NCBI GenBank assembly: GCA_951406725.2
Contig: OX597833.1
Span: forward strand, 18,042,001 to 18,106,000
Reading direction: 5' to 3'
Source of the DNA: Octopus vulgaris
Taxonomy: Eukaryota
Length of the DNA stretch: 64,000 bases
Position numbers and translations under genes: made by a program. Below are positions 48,263 through 59,338 of the stretch, one piece after another. How positions within the stretch are numbered: the stretch's first letter is position 1; each line of letters opens with the position of its first letter. The notes under the pieces were generated by a model. The model was not told the DNA's origin. It did not search any database and worked only from the letters and a program-made list of their open reading frames with translations.

Positions 48263-51235
48263 TTAGATAAAATCATTTTCAAATTGAATATGCTTTTGGA
48301 ATTCTGTGTAAATTTTCAATTCTTTTGGTTGCAATAATTCCAAACAATCTTTGACAAAATCAACCACTGTTGGAATATGTCCATTTAATGAAAGCGTTTG
48401 CCATTTATTTCCAAAAAGTTTAAAGAATTCTTTGTTTTCTTGCATCAAATTTTGCGATTCCATCCAAAATTGGTTACTTTGTACAAGAAGTTCAATTATT
48501 TCGACATAATCATTATTCAAAGAAAGCCATCGTCTTGAGACAATTATTGAATGGAAATTTTCATTCTGTGATAAATTAGAATGTTGTTGAATATAATTAC
48601 CAAACTGCTGAGAAGGAAAATACTTACCAAACACCGTCTTTGATTCTTTGGTCAAATCAATTTTGAGCTGTTTCATTTTGAAATTTCTTAAGAGATAAAT
48701 TTTTTGAGCTGTCGCAGTTTGGAGTAACAGTTTCAATGCTTCCATCCTGGAATCATTAAAATGGCCAATTTTACCCAAAAACTCAAAGGTAGTCTGAAAA
48801 AATGTTACTACAGAATTATGGGGTACTCGTTCTTCTTCCATTCTATGGCCACACATAATATACCACATTGCAGACATCAAATTCAAAAACTTTTGAGCTG
48901 CTGGCTGCATTATTTTAGCCTGGTCTTTCAGATAATTGGCCCTTGCATTGTAAGAACCTGAATCATTGAAGCAGTGGGTTTCTAACAACCCAGATCCTAA
49001 CAAGTGTGTATTTGTGTTGAATAGGCCCTCACTCTTTATTCTTCTGTGCTTCTGAGGATATGGATCTGACCTTAAAGTTTTAATGTCTTTCTGAATACAA
49101 CAATAAGGTATTTTATGAAGTAAAATAGTTTTTATTTTCACCATGATGGATATATTCCAATTTTTTCTACTAAAATAGGAATGCTGCATTCTCTTTTTAT
49201 AATTCTCATCAAATTTAGACTTCATTTTTATTTTTAGTTTGCTATCCAATAAAGTCAATGGAATTTTAATGACTAATTTCTTTTCCCTTTGTGTCAGAGA
49301 ATAAATAGGGAGTCTCAGAAGTGAGCATCTGTGATTGAAGATGTCAAAAGGGCTGACTTTGTATTTAGGGGAAGAAAAAATCAAAGCAGCTGATATATCT
49401 TTTTCTATATTGAGACAGGGCCTCAAGCTCTTTTGATAAGTTCCAGTTGCATAAGGTTTTACAAATTCCTGCGTATCAACCATCTGTCTCAGATGACCGT
49501 CTTTTGAAAATTTATTCTCCAAGACTTTTTCACTAGAAAATGTAATTTTAAGTGGAGACATTTCAGAGGTATTTGCAAAAGATATTTCATGGGAAGGTGA
49601 CTGGTGTTCAGTTTTGTACTGATATTTGTAGCTCAGTTCTTTCAAAGGACTTTCTTTGGCAATGATCTTAATACTCTTTTCATCTTGTATTTCATTTATG
49701 TAAGTGTATTTCGTCTGTTTTATGTATTTATTTTCATCCGCAGCATTAACATGTGGTACAACCTGATGCACAGTCATTGAACACTTTTGCTCCTTTGACA
49801 TGTTAAAGTTGTATTCCATCATATTCGTTAAGCCCTTTTTCCTTTCGTTCATAACAGATTTGTCACTTTTTATGTAGTTAAAACCTTGTGGCAAATCTTT
49901 TCTTTCTTTAGGCAATGAACAGTTGGCTATATTATCCAAACTTGAAAGATATTTTTCTGTTTTAGTCATTATTTCGACACTATAGGAATCACTTCTAGGG
50001 TAATACAATTTTTTATTAATTTCTTCAATTCCATATTTAATCTTTTTATCATAGATTGGAGCAGCTGGAGAAGTGTGGACAGAAACAACCGAAGTGTTTT
50101 TATTATCAGACACATAAGCTCCTCTTGAACTCTGCTTTACGACAGAGAATTGTGAATATTGAGGTTCTAAAATATGTCTTTCTTTCCAGTCTTTCATATT
50201 TTCAGATTTCTGTTTTATGTTAAGCTCATCAACAAGAGGAGGCCAGACATCATTCAATCCAACATCTTCTGTACCAGGTTCCAAATCATTATTTTCAGTG
50301 TTTTTAAATGTTGGACTTTGAATAGGACTAATTGGTTTTAAATTGGTAATAATTTCAGAGAATATAGTCTGTAGGGAAATGATTGGTTTATTGCTAACTG
50401 GCCTTGACAAACTTTGATCCGGATGCTTAGAATTTTCCCATTCATTTACGGGTGAAGAAATCGGGGAGAGGGGAGGCTCAAGAGCTGATTTTACAATTGT
50501 CAGCCTAAATATTTCTTCAACACTTTTGCCTTTCAATGAATCCTTTCTCATGTTAGTAATCAGAGATTTACCATTTCCTATCTCCTGTTGTTCTGGTTTA
50601 TGATGCACATCGTTACTAACTCCATTCTTTTGAAGGGTCATTGCTTGACCAGATGCTGGTAAAAGAGATGATTGTGTAGGCCCAGGATTGTCTGTTGGTA
50701 TTTCTATATTTAAATCTATGGATTTTACTGGATCAAAATTAATAGGGGTTAAAGTGTTCTCTGCCTGGTTAAAAGAAGTTAGAACAGTAGAAGGAACAAG
50801 TGTTTGTGGGGGCTCTAGGATCTGGCTGTGTATTTTATTATGATTGCCATTACTGTGCATATTTACCTTACATTCATTATCATGGGTTTCTAAAGAGTGT
50901 ACAACAGATTTAGACTTTTTATTTGCAGAAATAAGTGAAGATGTTGTTTTCTGATGCCTCATTGGGGGAACCTTAACATCTGGTTGCATATTTTTGGTGA
51001 AAGGGCCGATTCCTCTGTATGAAACATCAAGTCTGCGATCTGGAAAATTGTGTAGAATTTCAGGACGTTCTTGTGAGGAGATGTATATAAAATCAGAAAT
51101 AAAGTTCTGCATAAGTTCATAGTTTCCAAGAATTCTTTTACACTTTCGGTTTATCGGATCCTCATTCATCTCAAATATACGACACGGGGAACCAAATACT
51201 GGAATGTTTTTCATAGATTCTTCACTATCTGCCAT
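48263..51235 (-). CDS. AFF4: AF4/FMR2 (AFF/lilliputian) family protein, single coding exon, ~990 aa
   Basis: N-terminal PVFGSP..EDPINRKCKRILGNYELMQNFI matches the AFF cyclin-T-binding motif (PLFxEPYK..IQxMLGNYDEMK). VEEIF..PPLSPISSP matches VEEILxEM..PPLTAIHTP. LVIKIPLTLL and IMVKIKTILLHKIP match the AF9/ENL-binding LxVKIxLxLL. C-terminal YNARANYLKDQA..SAMWYIMCGHRME..FFQTTFEFL matches the CHD. The ORF is open from 51397, but M55 (51235) follows a strong splice acceptor. The symbol is family-level; orthology is not established. Confidence 0.88.
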   Translation of the reverse strand: MADSEESMKNIPVFGSPCRIFEMNEDPINRKCKRILGNYELMQNFISDFIYISSQERPEILHNFPDRRLDVSYRGIGPFTKNMQPDVKVPPMRHQKTTSSLISANKKSKSVVHSLETHDNECKVNMHSNGNHNKIHSQILEPPQTLVPSTVLTSFNQAENTLTPINFDPVKSIDLNIEIPTDNPGPTQSSLLPASGQAMTLQKNGVSNDVHHKPEQQEIGNGKSLITNMRKDSLKGKSVEEIFRLTIVKSALEPPLSPISSPVNEWENSKHPDQSLSRPVSNKPIISLQTIFSEIITNLKPISPIQSPTFKNTENNDLEPGTEDVGLNDVWPPLVDELNIKQKSENMKDWKERHILEPQYSQFSVVKQSSRGAYVSDNKNTSVVSVHTSPAAPIYDKKIKYGIEEINKKLYYPRSDSYSVEIMTKTEKYLSSLDNIANCSLPKERKDLPQGFNYIKSDKSVMNERKKGLTNMMEYNFNMSKEQKCSMTVHQVVPHVNAADENKYIKQTKYTYINEIQDEKSIKIIAKESPLKELSYKYQYKTEHQSPSHEISFANTSEMSPLKITFSSEKVLENKFSKDGHLRQMVDTQEFVKPYATGTYQKSLRPCLNIEKDISAALIFSSPKYKVSPFDIFNHRCSLLRLPIYSLTQREKKLVIKIPLTLLDSKLKIKMKSKFDENYKKRMQHSYFSRKNWNISIMVKIKTILLHKIPYCCIQKDIKTLRSDPYPQKHRRIKSEGLFNTNTHLLGSGLLETHCFNDSGSYNARANYLKDQAKIMQPAAQKFLNLMSAMWYIMCGHRMEEERVPHNSVVTFFQTTFEFLGKIGHFNDSRMEALKLLLQTATAQKIYLLRNFKMKQLKIDLTKESKTVFGKYFPSQQFGNYIQQHSNLSQNENFHSIIVSRRWLSLNNDYVEIIELLVQSNQFWMESQNLMQENKEFFKLFGNKWQTLSLNGHIPTVVDFVKDCLELLQPKELKIYTEFQKHIQFENDFI

Positions 51236-51255
51236 GATCTTAATATGAAATACAA

Positions 51256-51334
51256 CTGGAAGAAAAAAAAAATAGAAAAGAAAAAAATTACTGAAAACTG
51301 TTAAAATACTAAACTGATAATTCTCTTTACTCAC
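51256..51334 (-). other. Probable short 5' intron of the AFF gene
   Basis: Minus strand GTGAGT donor at 51334 (alternative CAG/GTGTAT at 51340), TTTTAAC branch-like site, long polypyrimidine tract ending TTCTTCCAG at 51256, ~20 nt before the ATG. Confidence 0.65.
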
Positions 51335-51508
51335 ATACACCTGGTACCTTGAAGATCCACCTTGACACCTGATAACAATGCTTTTATCCTTTTCCATCCT
51401 GACCCCATCACCTTCTCTTCTAAAATGTCTGTATTCATATAGCTACACTACAGCAAGAAACCTGTTCTGCCCTGGCCCTTTTCTCTCATACTAACCCCTC
51501 TTATACCT

Positions 51509-51740
51509 ATTTCTTTACTACCCAGAAGGGGGGTAAACACAGAAGGGACAAACAAGGACAGACAAATGGATTAAGTCGATTATATCGACCCCAGTGCGTA
51601 ACTGGTACTTAATTTATTGACCCCGAAAGAATGAAAGGCAATATCGACTTTGGCGGAATTTGAACTCAGAACGTAGAGGCAGACACAATACTGCTAAGGA
51701 TTTCACCCGGCGTGCTAACGTTTCTGCCAGCTCGCTGCCT
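51509..51740 (-). mobile_element. SINE family B monomer with 16-bp TSD
   Basis: TAACCCCTCTTATACC on both sides (~51492 and 51741). Confidence 0.9.
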
Positions 51741-51896
51741 TAACCCCTCTTATACCCCTTCTCTTCTCCCTATTCTTCTAACATAAATACTCCCCACTTT
51801 ACTTGGGTTTCTCAGTCTTGTAAGCAGCATGGTAACCTCACTAGTGCTGGTTACATACACAAAAGAAAAAAAGAAAAAAACACAACCAGTACATAC

Positions 51897-52013
51897 AGTT
51901 CCGGGTTCAGTCCCACTGCGTGACACCTTGGGCAAGTGTCTTCTACTATAGCCTCGGGCCGACCAAAGCCTTGTCAGTGGATTTGGTAGACGGAAACTGA
52001 AAGAAGCCTATCG

Positions 52014-52047
<34 letters not shown>

Positions 52048-52279
52048 TATATGTGTGTGTGTATATGTTTGTGTGTCTGTGTTTGTCTCCCCCAACATTG
52101 CTTGACAACCGATGCTGGTGTGTTTACATCCTTGTAACTTAGCAGTTCGGCAAAAGAGACCGATAGAATAAATACTAGGCTTACAAAGAATAAGTCCTGG
52201 GGTCGAATTTCTCAACTAAAGGTGGTGCTCCAGCATGGCCACAGTCAAGTGACTGAAACAAGTAAAAGAGTAAAGAGTA
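51897..52279 (+). mobile_element. SINE family A, 5'-truncated
   Basis: Match to family A. Confidence 0.88.
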
Positions 52280-52663
52280 CACACTGTAAAGTGGTTGGTA
52301 TTAAGAAGTGCATCCAACCATTGAAACCATTCCAAAGCAGAGATTCTGAAGCATGATGTAGTCTTTAGGTACATCAGATCCTATCAAACTGTCCACTTGT
52401 GTCAGCATGGAACATGGACATAGGAATAATGATGATGATAATGCTGAAGACTTACTATGATTGTAAAGAATAACACTTCCTTCTTTCTACACAGCATTTT
52501 GATCAATTTGACCTTCAGTTGTTTTCAGGTATCTCACTCCATCGTTTAGAAATATGGGTTCCAAGTTGAGGTCAAGAAGCTTGTGAGGTCAAGAAGCTGT
52601 GAGGTCAAGAAGCTTGTCCAACCACACAGCACCTTGGACAAGTGCCTTCTAGTATAGCCCTGT

Positions 52664-52990
52664 GTGAAGGCACATGGCTTAGTGGTTAGTGGCATTCAGC
52701 TCATGATTGTAAGGTCATGAGTTCAATTCCCGGCGGCACATTGTGTCCTTGAGCAAGACACTTTATTTCACATTGCTCCAGTCCACTCAGCTGGCAAAAA
52801 AAGAGTTGTACCTGTATTTCAAAGGGCCGACCTTGTCACACTCTGTGCCACGCCGAATCTCCCTGAGAACCACGTTAAGGGTACACGTGTCTGTGGATTG
52901 CTTAGCCACTTGCATGTTAATTACAAGAGCAAGCTGTTCTGCTGATCGTATCAGCTGGGACCCTCGTCGTCGTAACCGACGGAGTGCTCC
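52664..52990 (+). mobile_element. tRNA-derived SINE with family C head and a different 3' body
   Basis: TGGCTTAGTGG/GTTCAATTCC boxes, TTGTGTCCTTGAGCAAGACAC..CACTCAGCTGG, then a distinct tail ending CGTAACCGACGGAGTG. Confidence 0.72.
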
Positions 52991-53080
52991 TTCAGTATAG
53001 CCCTGGGCTGACTAACGCCTTCTGAGTGAATTTAGTAGATGGAAACTGTGTTGAAACCTGTCGAATGTGTGTGTGTGTTT

Positions 53081-53660
53081 ATACGGCACAGAATGTTTTC
53101 ACCTCAATAGACGGTCATTGATTGGTTGAAATTGCCGAAATGCAAGAAATTAAAGACCAAATATTTTACAAACTATAGAATTTTCTCAATAAAGCCAAGA
53201 GAAAAAGATGTTTTATAAACACATTCTACCAGTATACGAAGTTTAAATTTTTTTAGTTACCTAGAAATTATGTTAAAAACTGCCGTTCAAACCGAAAAGA
53301 TCCGAGAGGGAAATTAAAACTGCATATGTTGTGAATATGCGTTTATTAATAAAAGTTTAATAACGATAATCTTTTATTCATACGAACGTAACTGATTTGA
53401 AATATGTCATAAATAACAGAGACACATTTATATGACACCGCCAGAAAATGTTGTCGACAAAATACGGCAGATATTGTATTCACTTCAATAGACGGTCATT
53501 GATTGGTTGAAATTGCCGAAATGCAAGAAATTAAACAACAAATAGCTTACAAACTACAGAATTTTCTCAAGAAAGCCAAGAGAAAAAGATGTTTTATGTA
53601 ACACATTTTACCAGTATACGAAGTTTAAAAGTGTTTAGTTACAAAGAAATTATTTTAAAG
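53081..53660. repeat. Direct duplication of ~200 bp (53081-53280 and 53461-53660), probably DNA-transposon-derived
   Basis: Both copies contain TCAATAGACGGTCATTGATTGGTTGAAATTGCCGAAATGCAAGAAATTAAA...CCAGTATACGAAGTTTAAA. Confidence 0.85.
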
Positions 53661-53881
53661 AAGTTTAATCGAGCCCTTTCGATCGTAGCAGTCCGTGGAA
53701 ACACACTAACCACAGGACCGCATTTGCTTCCCTCTACCAGCCAACTCACGCTCTAGCATCAACCTAGAGTTATTTCTATCAGCTAAGTTGCCTCCCTGTG
53801 CCCGCTTCTGTGTATTGTGCTGCATGCGTCAGCCAGCCTCTTATTTCTAGTCCATTCTATTTTTTCGCCTTCCGATAATAT

Positions 53882-54110
53882 ATTTCTTTACTGCCCACAA
53901 GGGGCTAAACATAGAGGGGACAAACAAGGACAGACGAAGGGATTGAGTCGATTATATCGCCCCCAGTGCGAAACTGGTACTTTATTTATCGACCCCGAAA
54001 GGATGAAAGGCAAAGTTGACCTCGGCGGAATTTGAACTCAGAACGTAACGACAGACGAAATACTGCTAAGCATTTCGCCCGGCGCGCTAACGATTCTGCC
54101 AGCTTGCCTT
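53882..54110 (-). mobile_element. SINE family B monomer
   Basis: Full match. Confidence 0.9.
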
Positions 54111-55061
54111 GACAGCCTGTTGCTTTCTCTTTTCCACAATTCTTGCAAGGATAGTCTTGGTAAATGACTCGCGGAGTCTTCTACAGCCAAAATTACGAAT
54201 GAACTTTTTTAAAAGATAAACGAAATTTTGTAGAAACATTTGATTTAATTGTAAACACGTAACCATCCCAGAGTGGGGACGAGGTGGCCGTCTCATCTTC
54301 ATGAGTACAATTCCGTGTCATTCATTTTTCATGTTATATATCTCCACATGTTTTGTTTGTCACTTCATCGTGGCCCCTCGTGGGTAATAAAAAAAATCAG
54401 CTTCTTCTAAAGCCAATATATATATATATATATATAAAGCTAAATAACAAACGTATTTATTTATTATTATTCAAATAAAACGGAACAACGTGATTGGTTG
54501 AATAAATTACTATATTTGCATACGACACGGTGTAACGCCTATAAATAAATATATTTCTGTCCTTTTTTTTCACATTTGCTCTTTGAATGAATCGGATTTT
54601 TACTCTCTAAGGAAATTGTAATGAGAACAAACAAGACAAAAAAAACCGTGACAATAATCTACGAAAGAGAACGAGGAATAGATTTATGGCAATTTTCATT
54701 GAAAAGATTCGTGCGGAATAATTAATTGTTTTACTTCAAGAAATGCATTTAGATTTCTTCTAAGTGGTATAACAAAACTTCTCAGTTCTGGGGGTTGAAG
54801 TTATTTTTGGCGTCCCCAAATTAATAGACATTATAAGCCAAAGAAAGCGTTGCGTTTATTCACCTCCACACCTGGTTAAATCGTTTTCCCTTTTTCCTTG
54901 CTACACTTCTGATGTGTATCTTCTACCAAGTATGAAATTTTGGACAAACACTTTTTTCATTTCACACAATTAGCTGGGTATTTTTTTTCTATTTTCCTCA
55001 TTCTGAGATTCTTTGCAAGCATAATAGACATTCCCCCCAGTTACTTAGCTACACACACACA

Positions 55062-55260
55062 CAGTCAAATCAAATAAACGAACATTAAAAATAACAATAA
55101 CCAGAAGACGTGCACAAGGAATGTATGAGTTTGACGTTCAGTAAAAAGAGAGCTTTTGACGTTTCGAGCATGGCTCTTCATCGGAAAGAAAAAAGGGAAG
55201 ATCCAAAGAAGAAAAAAAAAAAAAGAATCAACAACAGCACGTGTGTAGTAACATTATCCT
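55062..55260 (-). mobile_element. PLE-type 3' end with hammerhead motif (55153-55188), next to (CA)n
   Basis: Minus UUU-CCGAUGA-A-GAGC-CAU-GCUC-GAAA-CGUC/AAAAG; flanking sequence related to the 17627/21272 family. Confidence 0.7.
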
Positions 55261-55329
55261 TTTTTTTTTTCGTGAGCCTTAAGCCGCATGAGGCCAGTTA
55301 CCCGACACAAGACTCTCTGAACGGGGCGC

Positions 55330-55720
55330 CGATCCGTTGCAGATTTCAAGGTCAGTAATTTTGAAGGGACGGAACAAGTCGACTGTATTGATCCGCACTA
55401 TTTCACAGGCACATACTTTATTGATCCCAAAGGGATAAAGGGCCAAGTTGATTTCAGCGAGATTTGAAACCAGAAGTAAGGAGCTCGAAGAAATGACAAG
55501 CATTTTGTCCGACGTGCTAATGATTCTTATTTCTTTATTGCCCACAAGGGGCTAAACATAGAGGAGACAAACAAGGACATACAAAGGGATTAAGTCGATT
55601 ACATCGATCCCAGTGCGTAACTGGTACTTATTTAATCGACCCCGAAAGGATGAAATGCTAAGTCGACCTCGGCGGAATTTGAACTCAGAACGTGCTGACG
55701 ATTCTGCCAGCTCAGTGCCT
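55330..55720 (-). mobile_element. SINE family B units (one young, one diverged)
   Basis: Match to family B. Confidence 0.8.
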
Positions 55721-57064
55721 TATGTATTTTCAAATAGCCGTTTAATAATCTTGAACTGCTTTCTTATTACCGCCCACCACACCACAGGACTTAAAGCTAC
55801 CACTCATAGTTTTAAAAAATGCTTTTTTATAACAATGCTGCTGGTACTACCCAAAGTAATGAAATTAACCATCCATCCGTCCATGAGACATAGATCATCA
55901 GATACCATCCCATCATTTTTTAAAAAGAGAATTTGTGTCCTATATCAACGGGGATAATAGAAGCATAGAAAGTGTGTGCGTGTGGTTTGAGTGCCGCCAA
56001 GGGAGACGCCTTTTATGGAGCAGCCTTCTGCATTTGTTGTATAAACCAGTATAAGCTTGGAAAACCAGAGGAGGGGATCAACAAAATCAAGGGATGTCGT
56101 GGATGGTACTAACTATAGCTAAGCTACTGACTAACAAACTGTTTTTCTGAGCCAACGAAGGATCCTCGTCGCAGTGAGAAATAGTAACTATTAGAAATAG
56201 CAGCCAAAAATCTCTGAATTCAAACATTGCCATTATAAAATAAAATGAAAGAAGCATTGAATAATGAAGTCCTATATACTCCATTCCAATCCAGTTAATC
56301 AGTGCTGGAATTTCATTGATCGTCTGGATCAAAGTCGATCTCGGACAGTCTAAACAACAATTTATTTACTTGGTTGAAAAAAATTGATTCTATCTATTTG
56401 AACACATTTGAAACATTCCATTGGGTCTACAGTTAACATCTCATTTCAGGAGTATTTTTTTTATTGTATCTACATGAGCCAGAAAAGTGGGAGAAAAGCA
56501 AAGATGATCGCAGAATTTGAATTCAGAACTTAAAGGACTTATAAACAGCAACGTATTTTATCCAGCCGGGTTTTAAACTTCTCTAATAAGTCGGAGTTAA
56601 ACGAGTATTTAAAAAAAAGATTAATTCTTTAAATTGTTTCAGCTTTAAAGCAGTCATGCTGAGGTACGGCCGTTGTGAATATAAACATTTGAAGAATAGC
56701 AATGTGACTAAGAAAAGAACTGGTAATAAACTGAGTTTATTAGAATATAAACTACCACCATCATGCTCTGTGCCAATGAAGGGGTCTCTACGTGGTCACA
56801 CGATCTGCTAGAAATAAGTGATATTGCCATCAAATCAAATACCCGTGATAAAAAACGGAAAAAATGTGAGGTACATTGGGGAATACCTAGATATACTATA
56901 CCTGGTTTTCATTGTACAGCAAGCAAACTGCTAAGAGGCCGAAGGATATGTGAACTGAGATTTGTATTATCGACCGGCAGAAAAAGTGCCATTTTGTATT
57001 CTGAGATGATTTTAAAAATGAGGATATTTGAAATAAACTCGACTGCTCTCACAAACGAGAATAC

Positions 57065-57306
57065 AAAAAATGAACACGACCGCTCTCAAAAATTAAGTAA
57101 AAAAAGAAAAAAAAAAAAGGAATAATAATCTAGAATCCTTGTCTGGTACCGGATCGATCCCAAATCTAATCCGTTCGTGCCAGCTACGAGGCCAAACATC
57201 CGAATCCATCCAGCGGTTCTTGAAATATCTTGTCCACGGACAAACGAACAAACAAACAAACACGACTGAAAACAATACCTCCACCTTTGCCAAGGCGGAG
57301 GTAATA
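57065..57306 (-). mobile_element. Helentron-associated non-autonomous element (HINE/DINE-1-like)
   Basis: Minus strand begins TATTACCTCCGCCTTGGCAAAGGTGGAGGTATTG (hairpin), then a (GTTT)n microsatellite, typical of the DINE/HINE layout. Confidence 0.7.
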
Positions 57307-57677
57307 AACAGGATGGTCACAGCTGGAAGGTCCTTGACTATAGATCTACTCACTCAGAACTGACTTGGTGCTAAAGAGCGTCAACGCCCGTCTTTTATAA
57401 ACCTGAGTAAATTCTCTTGAACTAGACACCAAATGCTTCTTATAGTGGAGCACCGAAGACTGCGCATTTGCATTCACTCGTGTACAAATTCATTGTGAAG
57501 AATTGTGAAGAAACCATTTCTTTCGTCTTTTACTTACGACCCAAATTCGGTTTGATTTATGACGAAACTATAGACACTTGACCATGTTTCCGAAGTTAAT
57601 TACAGTCCAAAGGTACAAGGTCAGAAATCTGAAGAGATGGGTTAGCCGATTAAATTGATTTCGCTACTTGATTGGCG

Positions 57678-57870
57678 TAGAGGCGCATGGCTCAGTGGTT
57701 AGTGTGTTGAACACATCGTAAGATTGTGGTTTCAATTCCTGAACCGGGCGATGCATTATGTTCTTGAGCAAAACTCCCCATTTCACGTTGCTCCTGTCCA
57801 TCCAGCTGGTACAAATGAGTGATCCTGTGACGGTCCGGGGAATATATTCACCAGGGACCCCGGCCCTGTG
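57678..57870 (+). mobile_element. SINE family C, diverged
   Basis: AGGCGCATGGCTCAGTGGTTAG..GTTTCAATTCC..TGTTCTTGAGCAA. Confidence 0.65.
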
Positions 57871-58311
57871 ATCCTTACGGAGTAATGTGGACAAACCAAC
57901 CACTTGATTGGTGCTTTATATTATCGACCCTTGCAGTTGACAACGGCGGAATTTGAACCCGAATGATTTCTAACATAAGCTCAATGCCAGAAAAGCAAGA
58001 GCGGGAGAGGGTACAGTTGATTAAATCGAAACTCCCTAGTAAGTGATTTTATGCATTTTACTGCCCCTTATCTCACTCGGAAACCAAAAAACGAAAAGCA
58101 AACTCGACTCCGTTACGATTCGAACTCGCAATGAGAGAGACTATCAAAGGTTAAATCGAATTTCAAACACGTGTCAATTATTTATTTTCTCTACTCTGGT
58201 GGGATTTGAACTCAAATGATTAAGGTACGTTAGCTAAATACCACAAGGTAAGTCAATCATAAATTACCCTTTACGCATATCGTTATTTAATACTAAGAAT
58301 ATGTAATGCTT

Positions 58312-58690
58312 TTACTTATTTCACTCATTGGACTACGGCCATACTGGGGCACCGCCTTGAAGGGTTTAGTCAAACAAGTCTACCCCAGTATTTATTTTAA
58401 AGTCTGGTACTTATTCCATCGTTCTTTTTTCTCGTACTGCTACGTTAGGAGGACGTAAACAACCCAACACCGTTTGATAATCAGTGGTGGTGGGGGAGGG
58501 GCAAGCAACACATACACGCACATTATACACAAGGCGGGCTTCCACGCAGTTTTCGATTACCAAATTGACTCGTAAGGAACTGGTCGGCCCGGGGCCATAA
58601 TAGGAGACACTGGACTAATGAGCCACACAGGGGGACTGAACCCAAAGCCACGCGTTTGCAAAGCAACCTTCTTCACCACATAGCCATGGC
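58312..58690 (-). mobile_element. Old, diverged SINE family A
   Basis: Recognisable head, body and tail with many substitutions. Confidence 0.7.
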
Positions 58691-58780
58691 TGTGATATAA
58701 ACGTGGAATATAATATCCAAACGGGTTTTAAAAATTATTTTAAATATTTATTCGTATTGAAATTGCATATGCAATGTGCC

Positions 58781-58870
58781 CGACGGAGGTAATGAATACG
58801 CGGACCACCCGTTTTCGGCGTAACCTTAAACGCCGAAAACGGGTGGTGCGCATATTCTGTACCTTCGCCG
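58781..58870. repeat. GC-rich ~40-bp hairpin
   Basis: CGGAGGTAATGAATACGCGGACCACCCGTTTTCGGCGT / ACGCCGAAAACGGGTGGTGCGCATATTCTGTACCTTCG. Confidence 0.85.
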
Positions 58871-59040
58871 TGTGTCCTATAATGGTAGGACTCTCTTATC
58901 TTGTAAATTACAAATAAAGCGCGTGTCCATAGATTATGAGACACAGTGTGTGTGTGTGTGTTGTCACATCTTTTAGAAATATAATTTCAAATTGACAAGA
59001 AGATCGGGTGTCACTTCAGTGTGCGCTATTCCACAGCATC

Positions 59041-59181
59041 CACCCTCTCCCATCCGTAAAATATATGTAAATCCGTCTGTCCTTTCGTCTTGTATATAAG
59101 AAGCGTGTATGTATCCTACATGTCCCTTGTCTGTCCTTGTAACGTGCCCTCTATGTAAACCCTTTTATAGGTAAATAAATA
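59041..59181 (+). mobile_element. Short retro-insertion with 14-bp TSD and SINE-B-like 3' tail
   Basis: TATTCCACAGCATC at 59027-59040 and 59182-59195; 3' end TTGTCTGTCCTTGT..CCCTCTATGT..GGTAAATAAATA. Confidence 0.7.
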
Positions 59182-59338
59182 TATTCCACAGCATCTCTGC
59201 TCTACACTGTGCAATGATCTCAATTGGTTCGGTGGCCCTTCATGGTATGAATTTATTACTTGTGCTTATTAAATTCAATCCTTTTTTGTTGTCGCGCCTT
59301 GATCACATTCGCCGGAAAAATACTGAGAAAAGATGCAC

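Noticed and set aside
51236-51397. First 54 aa of the 1044-aa ORF as the main N-terminus or a transmembrane segment
   Set aside because: The Phe-rich stretch is a translated polypyrimidine tract ending in CAG; AFF homology begins after M55.
52568-52617. Three copies of GAGGTCAAGAAGCTTGT
   Set aside because: Short slippage repeat within a decayed SINE head.
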